Translations under genes and position numbers: made by a program
The notes under the pieces: model-generated
Seen by the model: only the letters and a program-made list of their open reading frames with translations
Databases searched by the model: none
What the model was told of the DNA's origin: nothing
NCBI GenBank assembly: GCA_963777955.1
Contig: CAVZSQ010000017.1
Span: 231,737 to 295,736 of the forward strand
DNA length: 64,000 bases
From: Calditrichia bacterium
GTDB taxonomy: Bacteria > Calditrichota > Calditrichia > JAJRVZ01
Direction of reading: 5' to 3'
Shown: in pieces, positions 10,327 to 20,829 of the stretch
Position numbering within the stretch: position 1 is the stretch's first letter
Layout of the letters: every line of letters starts with the position of its first letter

Positions 10327-11876
10327 CCCAGGACTATATACATGAAACCATAGTCGTGCTTGACTTTGGTTCGCAATATACCCAGTTGATTGCCCGGCGC
10401 ATCCGGGAACTGGGAGTATTTTCGGTCATTCAGCCCTACAATGTACCTGTGGCGGGATTGAAAAACAGAATGATCAGGGGGATTATCTTATCAGGGGGGC
10501 CGGCATCGGTTTACAGTAAGGACGCGCCGCTGCTGGATAAGGAATTCCTGAATTTAAATATTCCGGTTCTGGGGATCTGTTATGGCTTGCAACTGCTGAC
10601 TAATATGACCGGGGGCCGTGTTGCCGCCGGTGAAAAGCGGGAATACGGCAAGGCGATTTTGTCCATTGCCGCTGATACTCCGCTGTTCAGCGGAATGTCC
10701 CGGGAATCGGTGGTCTGGATGAGTCATGGTGATAAAGTAACGGATCCCGGATCGGCCTTTCAGGCGGTTGCCTCGACCGCCAACAGCAAATTTGCAGCCG
10801 TGCAGCACACCTCCGCTAAGCCGGTTTATGGCATCCAGTTTCATCCCGAGGTGGAACACAGCGCAGAAGGGCGTAAATTATTAAAGAATTTTTGTTTTAA
10901 AATATGTAATTGCCGGGGGGACTGGTCGGCCGATTCTTTTATTGACGAAGCGGTCACAGATATTCGTGAAAAAGTCGGCGGGGACAAGGTTGTTTGCGGG
11001 TTAAGCGGCGGAGTGGACAGCAGCGTGGTGGCCATCCTGGTGGATAAAGCCATCGGAAAAAATCTGTACAGTATTTTTGTGGATACGGGTTTATTGCGGA
11101 AGGATGAAGCGAACAAGGTTGAAGCGGTGTTTAAAAAGAATTTCCGGCTCAATCTGACCTGTATTAACCGGGGTGAGCTGTTCCTGCAGAGATTAAAGGG
11201 GGTGGTTGATCCCGAACAAAAACGCAAAATCATCGGCCATTTGTTTATAGAAATTTTTGAGGAAGAATCAAAAAAAATCGGGAATCCCAGATATCTGGCC
11301 CAGGGCACCCTTTACCCGGATGTGATCGAGAGTGTTTCGGTGAAAGGCCCTTCAGCCACCATCAAATCGCATCACAATGTCGGCGGGTTGCCGGAAGAGC
11401 TGCCGTTCCGCTTGCTGGAACCGCTCAGGGAATTATTCAAGGATGAAGTCCGCGCGGTGGCCCGGCAACTAAATTTACCCGAAGAAATAATTGGCCGTCA
11501 TCCTTTTCCCGGCCCGGGTTTAGCCGTAAGGATTCCCGGGGAAATTACCGCGGACAAGGTAAAAATATTACAGGAAGCAGACGAGATTTACATCACAGAA
11601 TTGCAACGTCATAATCTGTATAATAAGATCTGGCAAGCATTCGCCGTTCTTCTGCCGGTGCAAACCGTCGGCGTCATGGGGGATTCCCGAACCTATGATT
11701 ATGTAGTGGCCTTGCGTGCTGTGACCAGCAGCGACGGCATGACGGCCGATTGGTTTGAGCTGCCGCGTGATATCATGGCTGTAATATCCAACCGGCTGAT
11801 CAATGAAGTCGCAGGAATCAACCGGGTGGTTTATGATGTAAGTTCGAAACCTCCGGCAACAATCGAATGGGAATAA
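10323..11876 (+). CDS. guaA: GMP synthase (glutamine-hydrolysing) GuaA
   Basis: GATase class I domain plus PP-loop ATP pyrophosphatase (GLSGGVDSSV) and C-terminal GMP synthase domain. Ends ...IEWE. Confidence 0.95.
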   Translation: MTQDYIHETIVVLDFGSQYTQLIARRIRELGVFSVIQPYNVPVAGLKNRMIRGIILSGGPASVYSKDAPLLDKEFLNLNIPVLGICYGLQLLTNMTGGRVAAGEKREYGKAILSIAADTPLFSGMSRESVVWMSHGDKVTDPGSAFQAVASTANSKFAAVQHTSAKPVYGIQFHPEVEHSAEGRKLLKNFCFKICNCRGDWSADSFIDEAVTDIREKVGGDKVVCGLSGGVDSSVVAILVDKAIGKNLYSIFVDTGLLRKDEANKVEAVFKKNFRLNLTCINRGELFLQRLKGVVDPEQKRKIIGHLFIEIFEEESKKIGNPRYLAQGTLYPDVIESVSVKGPSATIKSHHNVGGLPEELPFRLLEPLRELFKDEVRAVARQLNLPEEIIGRHPFPGPGLAVRIPGEITADKVKILQEADEIYITELQRHNLYNKIWQAFAVLLPVQTVGVMGDSRTYDYVVALRAVTSSDGMTADWFELPRDIMAVISNRLINEVAGINRVVYDVSSKPPATIEWE

Positions 11877-11892
11877 TTATGGAAGGGAAAAT

Positions 11893-13719
11893 ATGTGTGG
11901 TATAGTCGGATATATCGGTAAACGTAAAGCCGTGCCGATATTGTTAGCGGGTTTAAAACGCCTGGCCTACCGCGGTTATGACTCGGCTGGCCTCGCGGTT
12001 ATTGATAATGGTCAGATGCAGATTATCAAAGAAGCCGGCAAGATCAGCAAACTGGAAGACAAGATTCAGAATATGGAAATCCCCGGGACGCTGGGCATCG
12101 GGCATACCCGCTGGGCAACTCACGGTGTGCCGAATGAAACCAATGCCCATCCGCATACGGATTCTAACGGCAAAATTGCCCTGATCCATAACGGGATTAT
12201 CGAGAATTACAGTTCCCTGCGCACCGTCCTGCTGGAAAAAGGGCATACGTTTAAATCCGAGACCGATACGGAAGTTATCACTCATCTGATCGAGGAATTC
12301 TATGACGGAGATATGGAAGAAGCCTTTCGCCGTGCGCTGGCGGAATTGAAAGGGACCTACGGCCTGGCCGTGGTTTCGCTGCATGAACCGGATAAAATTT
12401 TTGCAGCCCGGCGGGGCAGCCCGCTGGTAATCGGGATCGGCGACGATGAATATTTTCTGGCTTCGGATGTGGCAGCGATGGTTGCCCATACCCGCAGTGT
12501 TTTCTATCTGAACGACGGGGAAATGGCCATTCTGAGCCGTAATGAAATTGTTACCAAGAGCAGCACCAATGAGTTGATCGAGAAAAAAGTCGAGCAGGTC
12601 ACCTACGATCTGGAACGCATCGAGAAGAGCGGTTATCCTCATTACATGCTGAAAGAAATATTCGAACAGGTCAATACGATCCATGATGCTTTCCGCGGCA
12701 GGACCATGCACAGCGAAGGGAAAGTCAAACTGGGCGGCCTGGCTGAAATTGAAAACCAGTTGCTTGATGCCGAAAAGATTATCATTGCCGCCTGCGGGAC
12801 CAGCTGGCATGCCGCTTTAATCGGCAAGTATCTGATCGAGGAATATTGCCGGATTCCGGTGGAAGTTGAATATGCCTCTGAATTTCGTTACCGGAATCCC
12901 ATCATCGGCCGCAACAATGTCCTGATCGTAATTTCGCAATCCGGGGAGACTGCGGATACGCTGGCTGCTTTGCGGGAGGCCAAGCACCGGGGTGTGCTGG
13001 CCATCGGTATCGTCAATAGTGTCGGCAGCAGCATTGCCCGGGAGACCGATGCCGGTGTATATATTCACGCCGGACCTGAAATCGGGGTGGCCAGCACCAA
13101 GGCCTTTACTTCGCAGGTGACCGTGCTGGTACTGATTACCCTGCTGCTGGCGCGCAAGCGGAACATGTCGGTGGTCCTGGGTCAGCATATTTTAGACGAA
13201 TTGCATAATTTGCCCGATAAAGTTAAAACCATACTGGCCCAGAGTCATCTGATCGAGGAAATAGCCGAGCGCTATAAAAATAACCGGAATTTCCTGTACC
13301 TGGGCCGGGGTATTAATTTCCCGGTAGCGCTGGAAGGGGCTTTAAAATTGAAAGAAATATCGTATATTCATGCCGAAGGCTATCCGGCGGCAGAAATGAA
13401 ACACGGGCCTATCGCCCTGATCGATGATAATATGCCGGCAGTGATCATAGCCACCAAAGACCTGATTTACGATAAAATTATGAATACCCTGGAAGAGGTA
13501 AGAGCCAGGCACGGAAAAGTGATCGCTGTGGCCAATCACGGTGATAAGAATATCGCTAAACTGGCAGATCACGTGATCTATATTCCGGAGACCAGCCAGA
13601 TGCTGGTTCCCATTCTGGCGGTTATTCCGTTACAATTGCTGGCCTATTATATTGCGGTCAAACGGGGCTGCGATGTCGATATGCCGCGCAACCTGGCTAA
13701 AAGTGTTACCGTAGAATAA
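11893..13719 (+). CDS. glmS: Glutamine--fructose-6-phosphate aminotransferase GlmS
   Basis: MCGIVGYIG N-terminal nucleophile, two SIS domains. Ends ...VTVE. Confidence 0.95.
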   Translation: MCGIVGYIGKRKAVPILLAGLKRLAYRGYDSAGLAVIDNGQMQIIKEAGKISKLEDKIQNMEIPGTLGIGHTRWATHGVPNETNAHPHTDSNGKIALIHNGIIENYSSLRTVLLEKGHTFKSETDTEVITHLIEEFYDGDMEEAFRRALAELKGTYGLAVVSLHEPDKIFAARRGSPLVIGIGDDEYFLASDVAAMVAHTRSVFYLNDGEMAILSRNEIVTKSSTNELIEKKVEQVTYDLERIEKSGYPHYMLKEIFEQVNTIHDAFRGRTMHSEGKVKLGGLAEIENQLLDAEKIIIAACGTSWHAALIGKYLIEEYCRIPVEVEYASEFRYRNPIIGRNNVLIVISQSGETADTLAALREAKHRGVLAIGIVNSVGSSIARETDAGVYIHAGPEIGVASTKAFTSQVTVLVLITLLLARKRNMSVVLGQHILDELHNLPDKVKTILAQSHLIEEIAERYKNNRNFLYLGRGINFPVALEGALKLKEISYIHAEGYPAAEMKHGPIALIDDNMPAVIIATKDLIYDKIMNTLEEVRARHGKVIAVANHGDKNIAKLADHVIYIPETSQMLVPILAVIPLQLLAYYIAVKRGCDVDMPRNLAKSVTVE

Positions 13720-13736
13720 ACCGACCGAAACCAGCT

Positions 13737-15603
13737 ATGAAAAAAAATTATCTTGCCGTTGTTTTAGTTACCGCTCTGGCTGCCTTGCTTCCGGCTCAGG
13801 AATGCGCGCGATACGCGTCAGCGGGAGCTGGCCATTTTAGAAAAGAATATCGATCTGTACCGGACAGGCAAATACGAAAAAGCCGAGCAGAATTTCAACC
13901 TGATCATTAATCGTATCCCGAACAGTGTTTTCATTACTACGAATTATTTAATGTGGGCCAAGTGCAAATATAAATTGCAGGATTACCGGGAAGTCCTGAA
14001 GATCAGCCAGGATTTTTTGACCCGCTATCCTGGCAGTGAATACCGTGATGATATCCTGCTGGTACAGGGCAACAGTTATTTCCAGTTAAACCGCTTCGAG
14101 ACCGCTGTGCAAAGCTGGTTGAATGCTGTGGAACTGAGCCATAACGGAGCCCTGCTCCAGAAAATCGGCTTTCAGGTTACAAAAACCCTGCGTTATAAAT
14201 TTGACCAGACGGGTTTTGATCGTATGTACGCCCAGGCGCAGTCTGCTGATTCCCGCATACTGTTTCAAATTGCCCTGGCCGAAAAAGAAATGCAGCGGGG
14301 GGATAAAAGGAAGGCAGAACAGATAATAAATAAAGCTTTGCAGGATTATCCCGCCAGCAAGTTCACCCGCCGCGCAGAAACTTTCTTTGCCGGGACGGAG
14401 ATTGAGCCAAGCGAAATAAGCCTGGGCTTATTGCTGCCCCTCAGCGGCGCGAATGAAAAGATCGGCGCTGAGATCAAGGCAGGATTTGAATTTGCTTTTC
14501 AGGAATATAATCAGAAAAATAATACCGCGCTGAAATTGACCATAGTAGACTACGGGGAAGAACTGCTGACAGCCATCCGCGCTTACCAGAAGCTGGCCCG
14601 CAACAACGGCGTACTGGCTGTGCTGGGGCCGCTGGAGAATGACATTTCTGCCGCCTGTGCAGCCATTTCCGATTATGAAACCTTGCCGATCGTCAGCCCT
14701 ACGGCGACCGAAACGGATTTAACCCAGCTGACCGACAAGTTTTTTCAATTGAATTCTACCCTGACCCGCCGGGCGGAATATCTGGCGGAATATGCCATCG
14801 ATAGTTTAAAACTTAAAAGATTTGCCACCTTTGCCCCGCTGGACAATTATTTCATAAAAATGGTCGCCAGCTTTGTCGCAGACGTGCAGAATCACGGCGG
14901 TCAGATCATCGACCAGGAATGGTATTATCCGGGGGACCAGGATGTCAATAAACAATTCATGAATTTAAAACGCGCCGGTCTGCGCCTGGCTTTTGCCGAT
15001 TCGGTACTGCGTTTCAGGCCGGCTTTACGCCCGGAACAGGTGGACAGTATGTATCGCCGCTATCAGAACGAGCAGTACCAGCTGATCAGGGAAAACGACA
15101 TCAAAGTTGATTCAGCCGATATCGCCGTAAAAACCATAGACGGAATTTTCATACCGATTTTTGGACAGGACCTGAAATTTATCGCTCCGCAGATCGCTTA
15201 CAGCAACATCCAGGCACAGTACCTGGGGAACAGCGACTGGTACGACACGGAGGAATTAAAGAAGAATAAAAATTATATCAACGGTCTGATCTTTATCTCC
15301 GACGGTTATTTAAATGAAGAAAATTGGGATTACAAAAAATTTAAGAATGATTACCGGACCCAGACCAAAACAACGCCGACAATATATAATCTGGTGGGTT
15401 ATGATTGCTGCCGTTATATGCTGCGGGCCCTGCCTGATACCAAAGGTGCAGCACCGCTAACCCGCGCCGAGTATCTGCAGAATTTGCGCCGCCAGGGTCC
15501 CTATAATGGTTTATACCGTTCCATCAGAATAAATGAAGATCAGTATAATCTGCAGTTACGGTTGTTAAAATATATCTTCGGGCAGATTATTCCGTTGAAT
15601 TAA
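13737..15603 (+). CDS. LpoA-like lipoprotein (N-terminal TPR + periplasmic-binding-protein type 1 fold). Frameshift ~13795
   Basis: Signal peptide MKKNYLAVVLVTALAALLPAQ from ATG 13737, then a frameshift in a GCGCGCG run into the frame of ORF 13951..15603. TPR-like helices, then an ANF-receptor/PBP1-like core (LLLPLSG...VLAVLGPLEND). Confidence 0.55.
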
Positions 15604-15604
15604 A

Positions 15605-16339
15605 ATGGTTTCCTTTCCGATTTTCAGATCGTTTGGCGGACTGCAGTGCGTGGTCTCAACCCGGCCGGGAGGCTTCAGTCAGGGTGGTTATGCCGGTCTG
15701 AATCTGGGAATGCATACCGGCGACCAGAGCAGCAGCGTCCGTAAAAACCGCGACTGTTTTTTCCGCCGCCTGGGACTGTCGGAGCAGCAGGTTGCCTTTG
15801 GCGAACAGGTACACAGCGCCAGGGTCAGGCGGGTGGACCAGGCCGGGATCTCTCAGCAGACAGATGCGCTGATCACAGCGGAAAAAAATGTATTTTTAGC
15901 TGTACTGATTGCCGATTGTTTTCCGGTATTTTTATTTGAGCCCTGTTCTGCTGCCGTGGCGGTGATTCATGCCGGCTGGAGAGGAACCCAGGCCGGGATT
16001 ATAGAAAACACCCTGGAAAAGTTGAAATCTGAACTGGCTGTTACAGCCGGACGGATTATCGCGGCGATCGGACCCGGCCTGCAGAGCGAGTGTTTTGAGG
16101 TCAGCAAAGACGTGTACGAATTATTTGCGCCGCATTATCTGTCTGCGCATCCCGCGGCGGATAAAAAATATCTTAATCTGCGGCAGGTGATTGCGGATAA
16201 ACTGTTTCAGCAGGGGGTGCCAAGGGAACAGATCGGATGGAGTTCTGACTGTACGTTCTGTTCTGCTGATAAATATTATTCTTTCCGGCGGGAGGGAAAA
16301 AATAGCGGTAGAATGATGGGAATCATAGGAATCAAATAA
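15605..16339 (+). CDS. pgeF: Peptidoglycan editing factor PgeF (YfiH/DUF152 purine-nucleoside phosphorylase-like)
   Basis: HAGWRGT motif and conserved Cys/His pattern of the YfiH family. Confidence 0.8.
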   Translation: MVSFPIFRSFGGLQCVVSTRPGGFSQGGYAGLNLGMHTGDQSSSVRKNRDCFFRRLGLSEQQVAFGEQVHSARVRRVDQAGISQQTDALITAEKNVFLAVLIADCFPVFLFEPCSAAVAVIHAGWRGTQAGIIENTLEKLKSELAVTAGRIIAAIGPGLQSECFEVSKDVYELFAPHYLSAHPAADKKYLNLRQVIADKLFQQGVPREQIGWSSDCTFCSADKYYSFRREGKNSGRMMGIIGIK

Positions 16340-16364
16340 AAAATTTTGTAGTATAGGGTATATC

Positions 16365-16964
16365 ATGAATATCTGTCAGGAGGAGCATATGCATAAAGGG
16401 GCAAAAATATTCGGCGCCGCCGCCACCGCCTTAAGTTTGCTGCTGGGACCGGCCAATCTTGTTTTCGCGCAACCGGTGAACTTTCCGTCCCTGGGGATAA
16501 GCAGCGGATTGATTCTGCAGCAGAATAAATGGAACCCCGGTTACTCTGTCGGATTGCAATGCGAAGTGGGGGAAATGATCGATTATGTTTTTTTAGTTCC
16601 TTATCTCAACTACTGGAATGCCGAAAAAACGGAAAGCGGAGCCGGTCTGACCCGCACCCTGAGTTTGAGCGACATCAATTTAGGCGCCGAGCTGATCGCT
16701 TATATTAATTCCAAACCGCAGGGATTTTTTAGCGGTGCCGGTATCGGTTATCATATTATCATGGCTGACCGGCTGGCGCCGCAATATTTCACGACGCTGC
16801 CCATGGTGGAGGAAAAAACCGAAACAAAACTTTCCTTCGCCGCCCTGCTGGGGTATCAACTCAAAGTCTCGTCGTTCTCTTATGCCCTTAAATTGAAATA
16901 TTTTCTGATCAACGGCGGCTACAATACATTCCAAACCGCCCTGATCTTCAGTTACAATCTATAA
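16365..16964 (+). CDS. Small outer-membrane beta-barrel protein (hypothetical)
   Basis: Signal peptide (...AATALSLLLGPANLVFAQ), alternating hydrophobic strands, C-terminal ...LIFSYNL. Followed by a strong terminator. The true start may be Met at ~16389. Confidence 0.5.
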   Translation: MNICQEEHMHKGAKIFGAAATALSLLLGPANLVFAQPVNFPSLGISSGLILQQNKWNPGYSVGLQCEVGEMIDYVFLVPYLNYWNAEKTESGAGLTRTLSLSDINLGAELIAYINSKPQGFFSGAGIGYHIIMADRLAPQYFTTLPMVEEKTETKLSFAALLGYQLKVSSFSYALKLKYFLINGGYNTFQTALIFSYNL

Positions 16965-16997
16965 CCGCGGTTGCACCGCGGCCGCACGGAATTTTTC
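16965..16997 (+). terminator. Rho-independent terminator after the small OMP gene
   Basis: ccgcgg-ttgca-ccgcgg stem-loop followed by gaattttt. Confidence 0.6.
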
Positions 16998-17007
16998 ATT
17001 TGCAGGC

Positions 17008-18018
17008 ATGAAGAAATTAACCGTTACCTCCTTCAGTAAATACCTTCGCGCGGCACCCGCGGTTCCCGCGGATATTCTTTACGTCTTTCATGGCGAGGAG
17101 CGATTTTTTATCGATCAACTCATTACCGAGTTGGAAAATTTTATCTTCAAGGAAACGGCTGACAGGCAGCTGAATTGCCATACTTTTTACGGCACCGAGA
17201 ACAGCCTGTCGGAAATTATTTCTAGCTGCATGTCCTATTCCATGTTCGGAACAAAAAAATTAGTGGTGGTGAAGGAATTTGATAAATTTAAGTCCAATAC
17301 TCTGGATAGTTTGATTAAATATGTGCAGCATCCGCAGAAATCCACGGTTCTGGTTTTTACTGCGGAGAAATGGGGAAAGTCAAAGATTTACCAGGAAATT
17401 TTAGAACAGGCGGTCAGCGTGTCCTGCAAACCGCTGAAGGAGGAAGAACTTTACGGCTGGCTGTATGCCAAGGCCAGGAATGCGGATATTAAAGCAGAGC
17501 GGGAGAGTCTTTTATTCCTGATCGAGAACATCGGTTCAAATTTATTGCGGCTCAATACGGAAATCGACAAAATACTGAATTATATCGGCCCGGGCGGCCG
17601 GTTGACCATGGACCTGGCCACGCAGTTGACCGGATTCAGCCGGGAGGTAAATATCTTCAACTTCCAGATGTATCTGGCTGAGAAGAAACTGGAGCCGAGT
17701 TTAAAAATCGGCCTGCAACTGCTCGAGCAGGGCGAGGTACTTGTCGGAATACTGCCGATGCTGTACGGATTCTTCCGCAAGATCTGGCTGGTCAAGGCGC
17801 TGCGTGCCCAAAAATTGAACAGCAATCAGATCCTGGAGCGGCTGGACGGCAAGATGTATTTTTATAAGGATATTTTTGTAGCCGAGCAGAAGTTCACCAT
17901 GGCCCAGCTTAAAAATGTGATGGAACGGCTATTGGAAGCAGAGATTCAGTTGAAAACGTCGCAGAAACCCATGGAGGCCATTCTGACCATGTTGTGTTAC
18001 TATATTTGCCAGAACTAA
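17008..18018 (+). CDS. holA: DNA polymerase III subunit delta HolA
   Basis: Size and motifs of the HolA family (ILYVFHGEERFF...). Confidence 0.75.
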   Translation: MKKLTVTSFSKYLRAAPAVPADILYVFHGEERFFIDQLITELENFIFKETADRQLNCHTFYGTENSLSEIISSCMSYSMFGTKKLVVVKEFDKFKSNTLDSLIKYVQHPQKSTVLVFTAEKWGKSKIYQEILEQAVSVSCKPLKEEELYGWLYAKARNADIKAERESLLFLIENIGSNLLRLNTEIDKILNYIGPGGRLTMDLATQLTGFSREVNIFNFQMYLAEKKLEPSLKIGLQLLEQGEVLVGILPMLYGFFRKIWLVKALRAQKLNSNQILERLDGKMYFYKDIFVAEQKFTMAQLKNVMERLLEAEIQLKTSQKPMEAILTMLCYYICQN

Positions 18019-18085
18019 AAAGTGCTGTTAAATGAGAAAACGGGAACTTATATTATTGATATTGGTTTATAAGAGAAATTGGTAA

Positions 18086-18718
18086 ATGACAAAAACTGCT
18101 GCTGATGGTACTCTGACCCGGGCCGCGGCCAGAACCCAGCCCACGGATGAAGAGTTGATCGCCCGGTTTCAGGGTGGAGATGTTTATGCCTATGAACAAC
18201 TGGTGCGCAGATACAAGGAGCCTTTACTAAATTTTATCTTTAGATTTATCGGGGAGCTGGCGGAGACTGAAGACATTGTACAGGATACATTATATCGTGT
18301 TTATAAGAACAAGCATTATTACAAGGAAGTGGCAAAATTTTCCACCTGGATTTATACCATTGCCAGCAACCTGGCCAGGACAGAATTACGGCGGCGCAGA
18401 CGGAAGCGGTTTTTTTCCATTAATAAAGAAGCGCCCAATGAAAAAGAAGTGGAACTCCCGGATCTAAAAGCAGATCCCGAAGTTGAAGCTAATACTATTG
18501 TAACCGAGAAAATTATTCAGAAAGCAATAGGAAAGTTACCGCAAAAATTCAGACAGGTAATAGTTTTACGTGATATTCAGGGATTTTCATATGAGGAGAT
18601 CAGCAGTATAATAAAAGTCCCGCTGGGCACTGTAAAATCGCGGGTCAATCGCGCAAGACTCCGCTTACAGGAAGATCTGGGATTTTTATTAGATGATATT
18701 GACGATATTGCCAATTAA
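18086..18718 (+). CDS. ECF-type RNA polymerase sigma-70 factor
   Basis: Sigma70 region 2 (DIVQDTLYRVYKN...) and region 4 HTH (FRQVIVLRDIQGFSYEEIS). Confidence 0.85.
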   Translation: MTKTAADGTLTRAAARTQPTDEELIARFQGGDVYAYEQLVRRYKEPLLNFIFRFIGELAETEDIVQDTLYRVYKNKHYYKEVAKFSTWIYTIASNLARTELRRRRRKRFFSINKEAPNEKEVELPDLKADPEVEANTIVTEKIIQKAIGKLPQKFRQVIVLRDIQGFSYEEISSIIKVPLGTVKSRVNRARLRLQEDLGFLLDDIDDIAN

Positions 18719-18727
18719 GCGAGGAGA

Positions 18728-19234
18728 ATGCCTATGGGTGATTGTAACAGACTGAATGAACATATTTCTGACTACCTGGAGAAGACTCTGGACCCGGCCA
18801 TGCGGGCAGAGTTTGAGCAGGGTCTGGAACGCTATCCTGAATTAAAACAATCCACCGGCCAGGTTAAAAAATTAGCCGCACTGCTGGGGAAATTACCCGG
18901 GCGAAAATGTTCGGATGATTTTGTGCCCAAACTGCGGCAGAGAATAAGTTCGGCAGTACCGCAAAAATCCAGGCAACCGAACCTGCGCAGGTATTCCTGG
19001 GCCTTTTCGTTTGTAGTCGTTGCACTGGTCGCCCTGGTCGGGATCAATGCTTTGCTGACCAGGGAAAAAACCGTACCGGCCTTGCCCGCGGTAAATGAAT
19101 TCCAGCCGGCCCCGACGTCGGTTTCCGGCGGCGCGGTGAATGATCCGGCCGGGGTATACTCCCCAGGCAGTCTCTGCCGGTACCGGAAACGAAGTGGATA
19201 TAAAAACCCGCGCCGAGAGCAGAATGGTGACTGA
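18728..19234 (+). CDS. Anti-sigma factor (zinc-finger/RsiW-like, single TM), cognate to the upstream ECF sigma
   Basis: Immediately downstream of the sigma gene. N-terminal anti-sigma helix. TM segment WAFSFVVVALVALVGINALL. The 3' end is uncertain and may carry a frameshift. Confidence 0.55.
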   Translation: MPMGDCNRLNEHISDYLEKTLDPAMRAEFEQGLERYPELKQSTGQVKKLAALLGKLPGRKCSDDFVPKLRQRISSAVPQKSRQPNLRRYSWAFSFVVVALVALVGINALLTREKTVPALPAVNEFQPAPTSVSGGAVNDPAGVYSPGSLCRYRKRSGYKNPRREQNGD

Positions 19235-19414
19235 TTCATCAGCCATCCGCAGAACCGAACAGGAAAAATCACGGGCCAGGCAGGTAGGGCATACCGCCCC
19301 GTAAATCACGATAATATTGTCCGGCCCTTTTTATGATTTGAATTTTATTTTACTATTTTATAATTTAGTACAAATAAAAAGTTATTTACTTTCCTCATAA
19401 TATTCTAATTATAG

Positions 19415-20650
19415 ATGATTCGACTAATATTTATCATTGCCTTAGCCTTCCTGGGAATCTTTGTAAATCCTTTCCAGCCGGGAGTATGGGATTTTGTTTT
19501 TCGTTTTTTAGTTTTCGTGCTGATCATTTATTTACTGTTTAATTCCGGATTCCTGCCGGGCCGGAAAAGAGAGGATCTTCCGGCCGACCAGCGGCCGGCA
19601 GCGGTCCAGGAGCAGAAGTTGAACCTGGAAGAGCAGGTGTTCCAGGAATACCATCTGCCTGATCTGCTGGTTTATGATGAACGGACCATGCGCTACCTGA
19701 TCGATCAGTTCGAGGTGATTGCCAGCCTGGCTTTTCCGGACCAGGGCTGGATTTTCCTGAAGCAAGACCCGCATAAACTGAAGAAGATCTATTATAAAAA
19801 TTTTACCCAGGCGACGCTGGCAGGTTTACAGGAGGAATATGATCTGACCGGTCTGACGCAGATACTGGCTGAAAAAAATACAATTCTGATAGAAAACAAT
19901 CTGAATCAGGAAACACAATTGGTAAATTTCTATAACCCGGCCGAATACAAGCCCAATTCTTTTATGGGGATTCCGCTGCGGATCGAAGAAGAGGCGCCAT
20001 TATTTTTCATTTTTGATGCGGCGCATAAGGAAAATTTCAATGCGGCGGATCAAACCTTGTTTGAGAAAATCAGGGATAATACGGCCATTTTTGTACTGAA
20101 CCGGCTTAAAGCCTATTCTCTGTTGAGTACGCTCAGGACACAAGAAAAATTACTGAAACTGGCTGTGGATCTGAACAGCAGTAAAACGATTGCCCAGGCC
20201 CTGGAAAAATTTGCCCGGGTCATGGCACATCAATTTGAGGCTTCGCGGCTGACGATCAGTCTGGCCAAACCCAATTCGAATGTTGCCGTCATCAGAAAAG
20301 TGATCGGCCAGGGGGATGAATTCGCCGAGAATGTGGAATTTCCGGTGGATGAAGGCTTGACCGGCTGGGTCATCAGCAAGAAGAAACCGTATGTGATTGA
20401 AGACCTGGAAAAAGGGGAGTATTTTATACCGCGTTATACCAAACAGGAAAAGACCAATTACGGTTTCCGCTCATTTCTGGGCGTACCGCTGCTGGTGGAG
20501 GAGCGCGTTTTCGGAGCGCTGACCCTGGAGCATAGCCTGCCCTATAAATACAACAATGCTGTTCTGGACGAGGTCAAGACCTGGGCCCAGGTCTTCAGCA
20601 GCACCTTCGGCCGCCAGACCAGCGAGCCCGCCAAATCCAGCGATGTTTAA
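19415..20650 (+). CDS. Membrane-anchored GAF domain protein (hypothetical)
   Basis: Two N-terminal TM helices, then a GAF-like fold near the C-terminus (LTGWVISKKKPYVIEDL...). No output domain recognised. Confidence 0.5.
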   Translation: MIRLIFIIALAFLGIFVNPFQPGVWDFVFRFLVFVLIIYLLFNSGFLPGRKREDLPADQRPAAVQEQKLNLEEQVFQEYHLPDLLVYDERTMRYLIDQFEVIASLAFPDQGWIFLKQDPHKLKKIYYKNFTQATLAGLQEEYDLTGLTQILAEKNTILIENNLNQETQLVNFYNPAEYKPNSFMGIPLRIEEEAPLFFIFDAAHKENFNAADQTLFEKIRDNTAIFVLNRLKAYSLLSTLRTQEKLLKLAVDLNSSKTIAQALEKFARVMAHQFEASRLTISLAKPNSNVAVIRKVIGQGDEFAENVEFPVDEGLTGWVISKKKPYVIEDLEKGEYFIPRYTKQEKTNYGFRSFLGVPLLVEERVFGALTLEHSLPYKYNNAVLDEVKTWAQVFSSTFGRQTSEPAKSSDV

Positions 20651-20670
20651 AGCGATTGCCTATAAAGGAA

Positions 20671-20767
20671 AAGGACTCTTTACGCTTCACATTTGGTCAG
20701 GGAATTAAGGGGCTTGGGGATGACCCTGAACAAATTTACTTCGTGTCGCAGAAGTAAAGAGTCCTTC
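20671..20767. terminator. Long imperfect hairpin between convergent GAF-protein and receiver genes
   Basis: Outer arms aaggactctttacgcttc / gaagtaaagagtccttc and inner arms acatttggtcaggg / ccctgaacaaattt. An A-tract on the plus side gives a U-tract for the minus-strand transcript. Confidence 0.4.
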
Positions 20768-20829
20768 AGGAGTGTATCATGAGGGCTTTAGTATGCTTCT
20801 TTTACTCGTTAAATTTCTCCTCTGTTTAA

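Noticed and set aside
11953-12810. 285-aa ORF on the minus strand inside glmS, and similar antisense ORFs (10841..11308 in guaA, 35949..36515 in the S9 peptidase, 39154..39687, 21988..22602 in the sigma-54 regulator).
   Set aside because: They lie entirely within strongly conserved sense-strand genes, and their products are low-complexity and Arg/Pro/Gly-rich, typical of GC-skewed shadow frames. They are treated as non-coding.
13720-13740. glmS ribozyme or riboswitch near glmS.
   Set aside because: glmS follows guaA after a 16 bp gap with no room for a leader, and the downstream spacer is only 17 bp.
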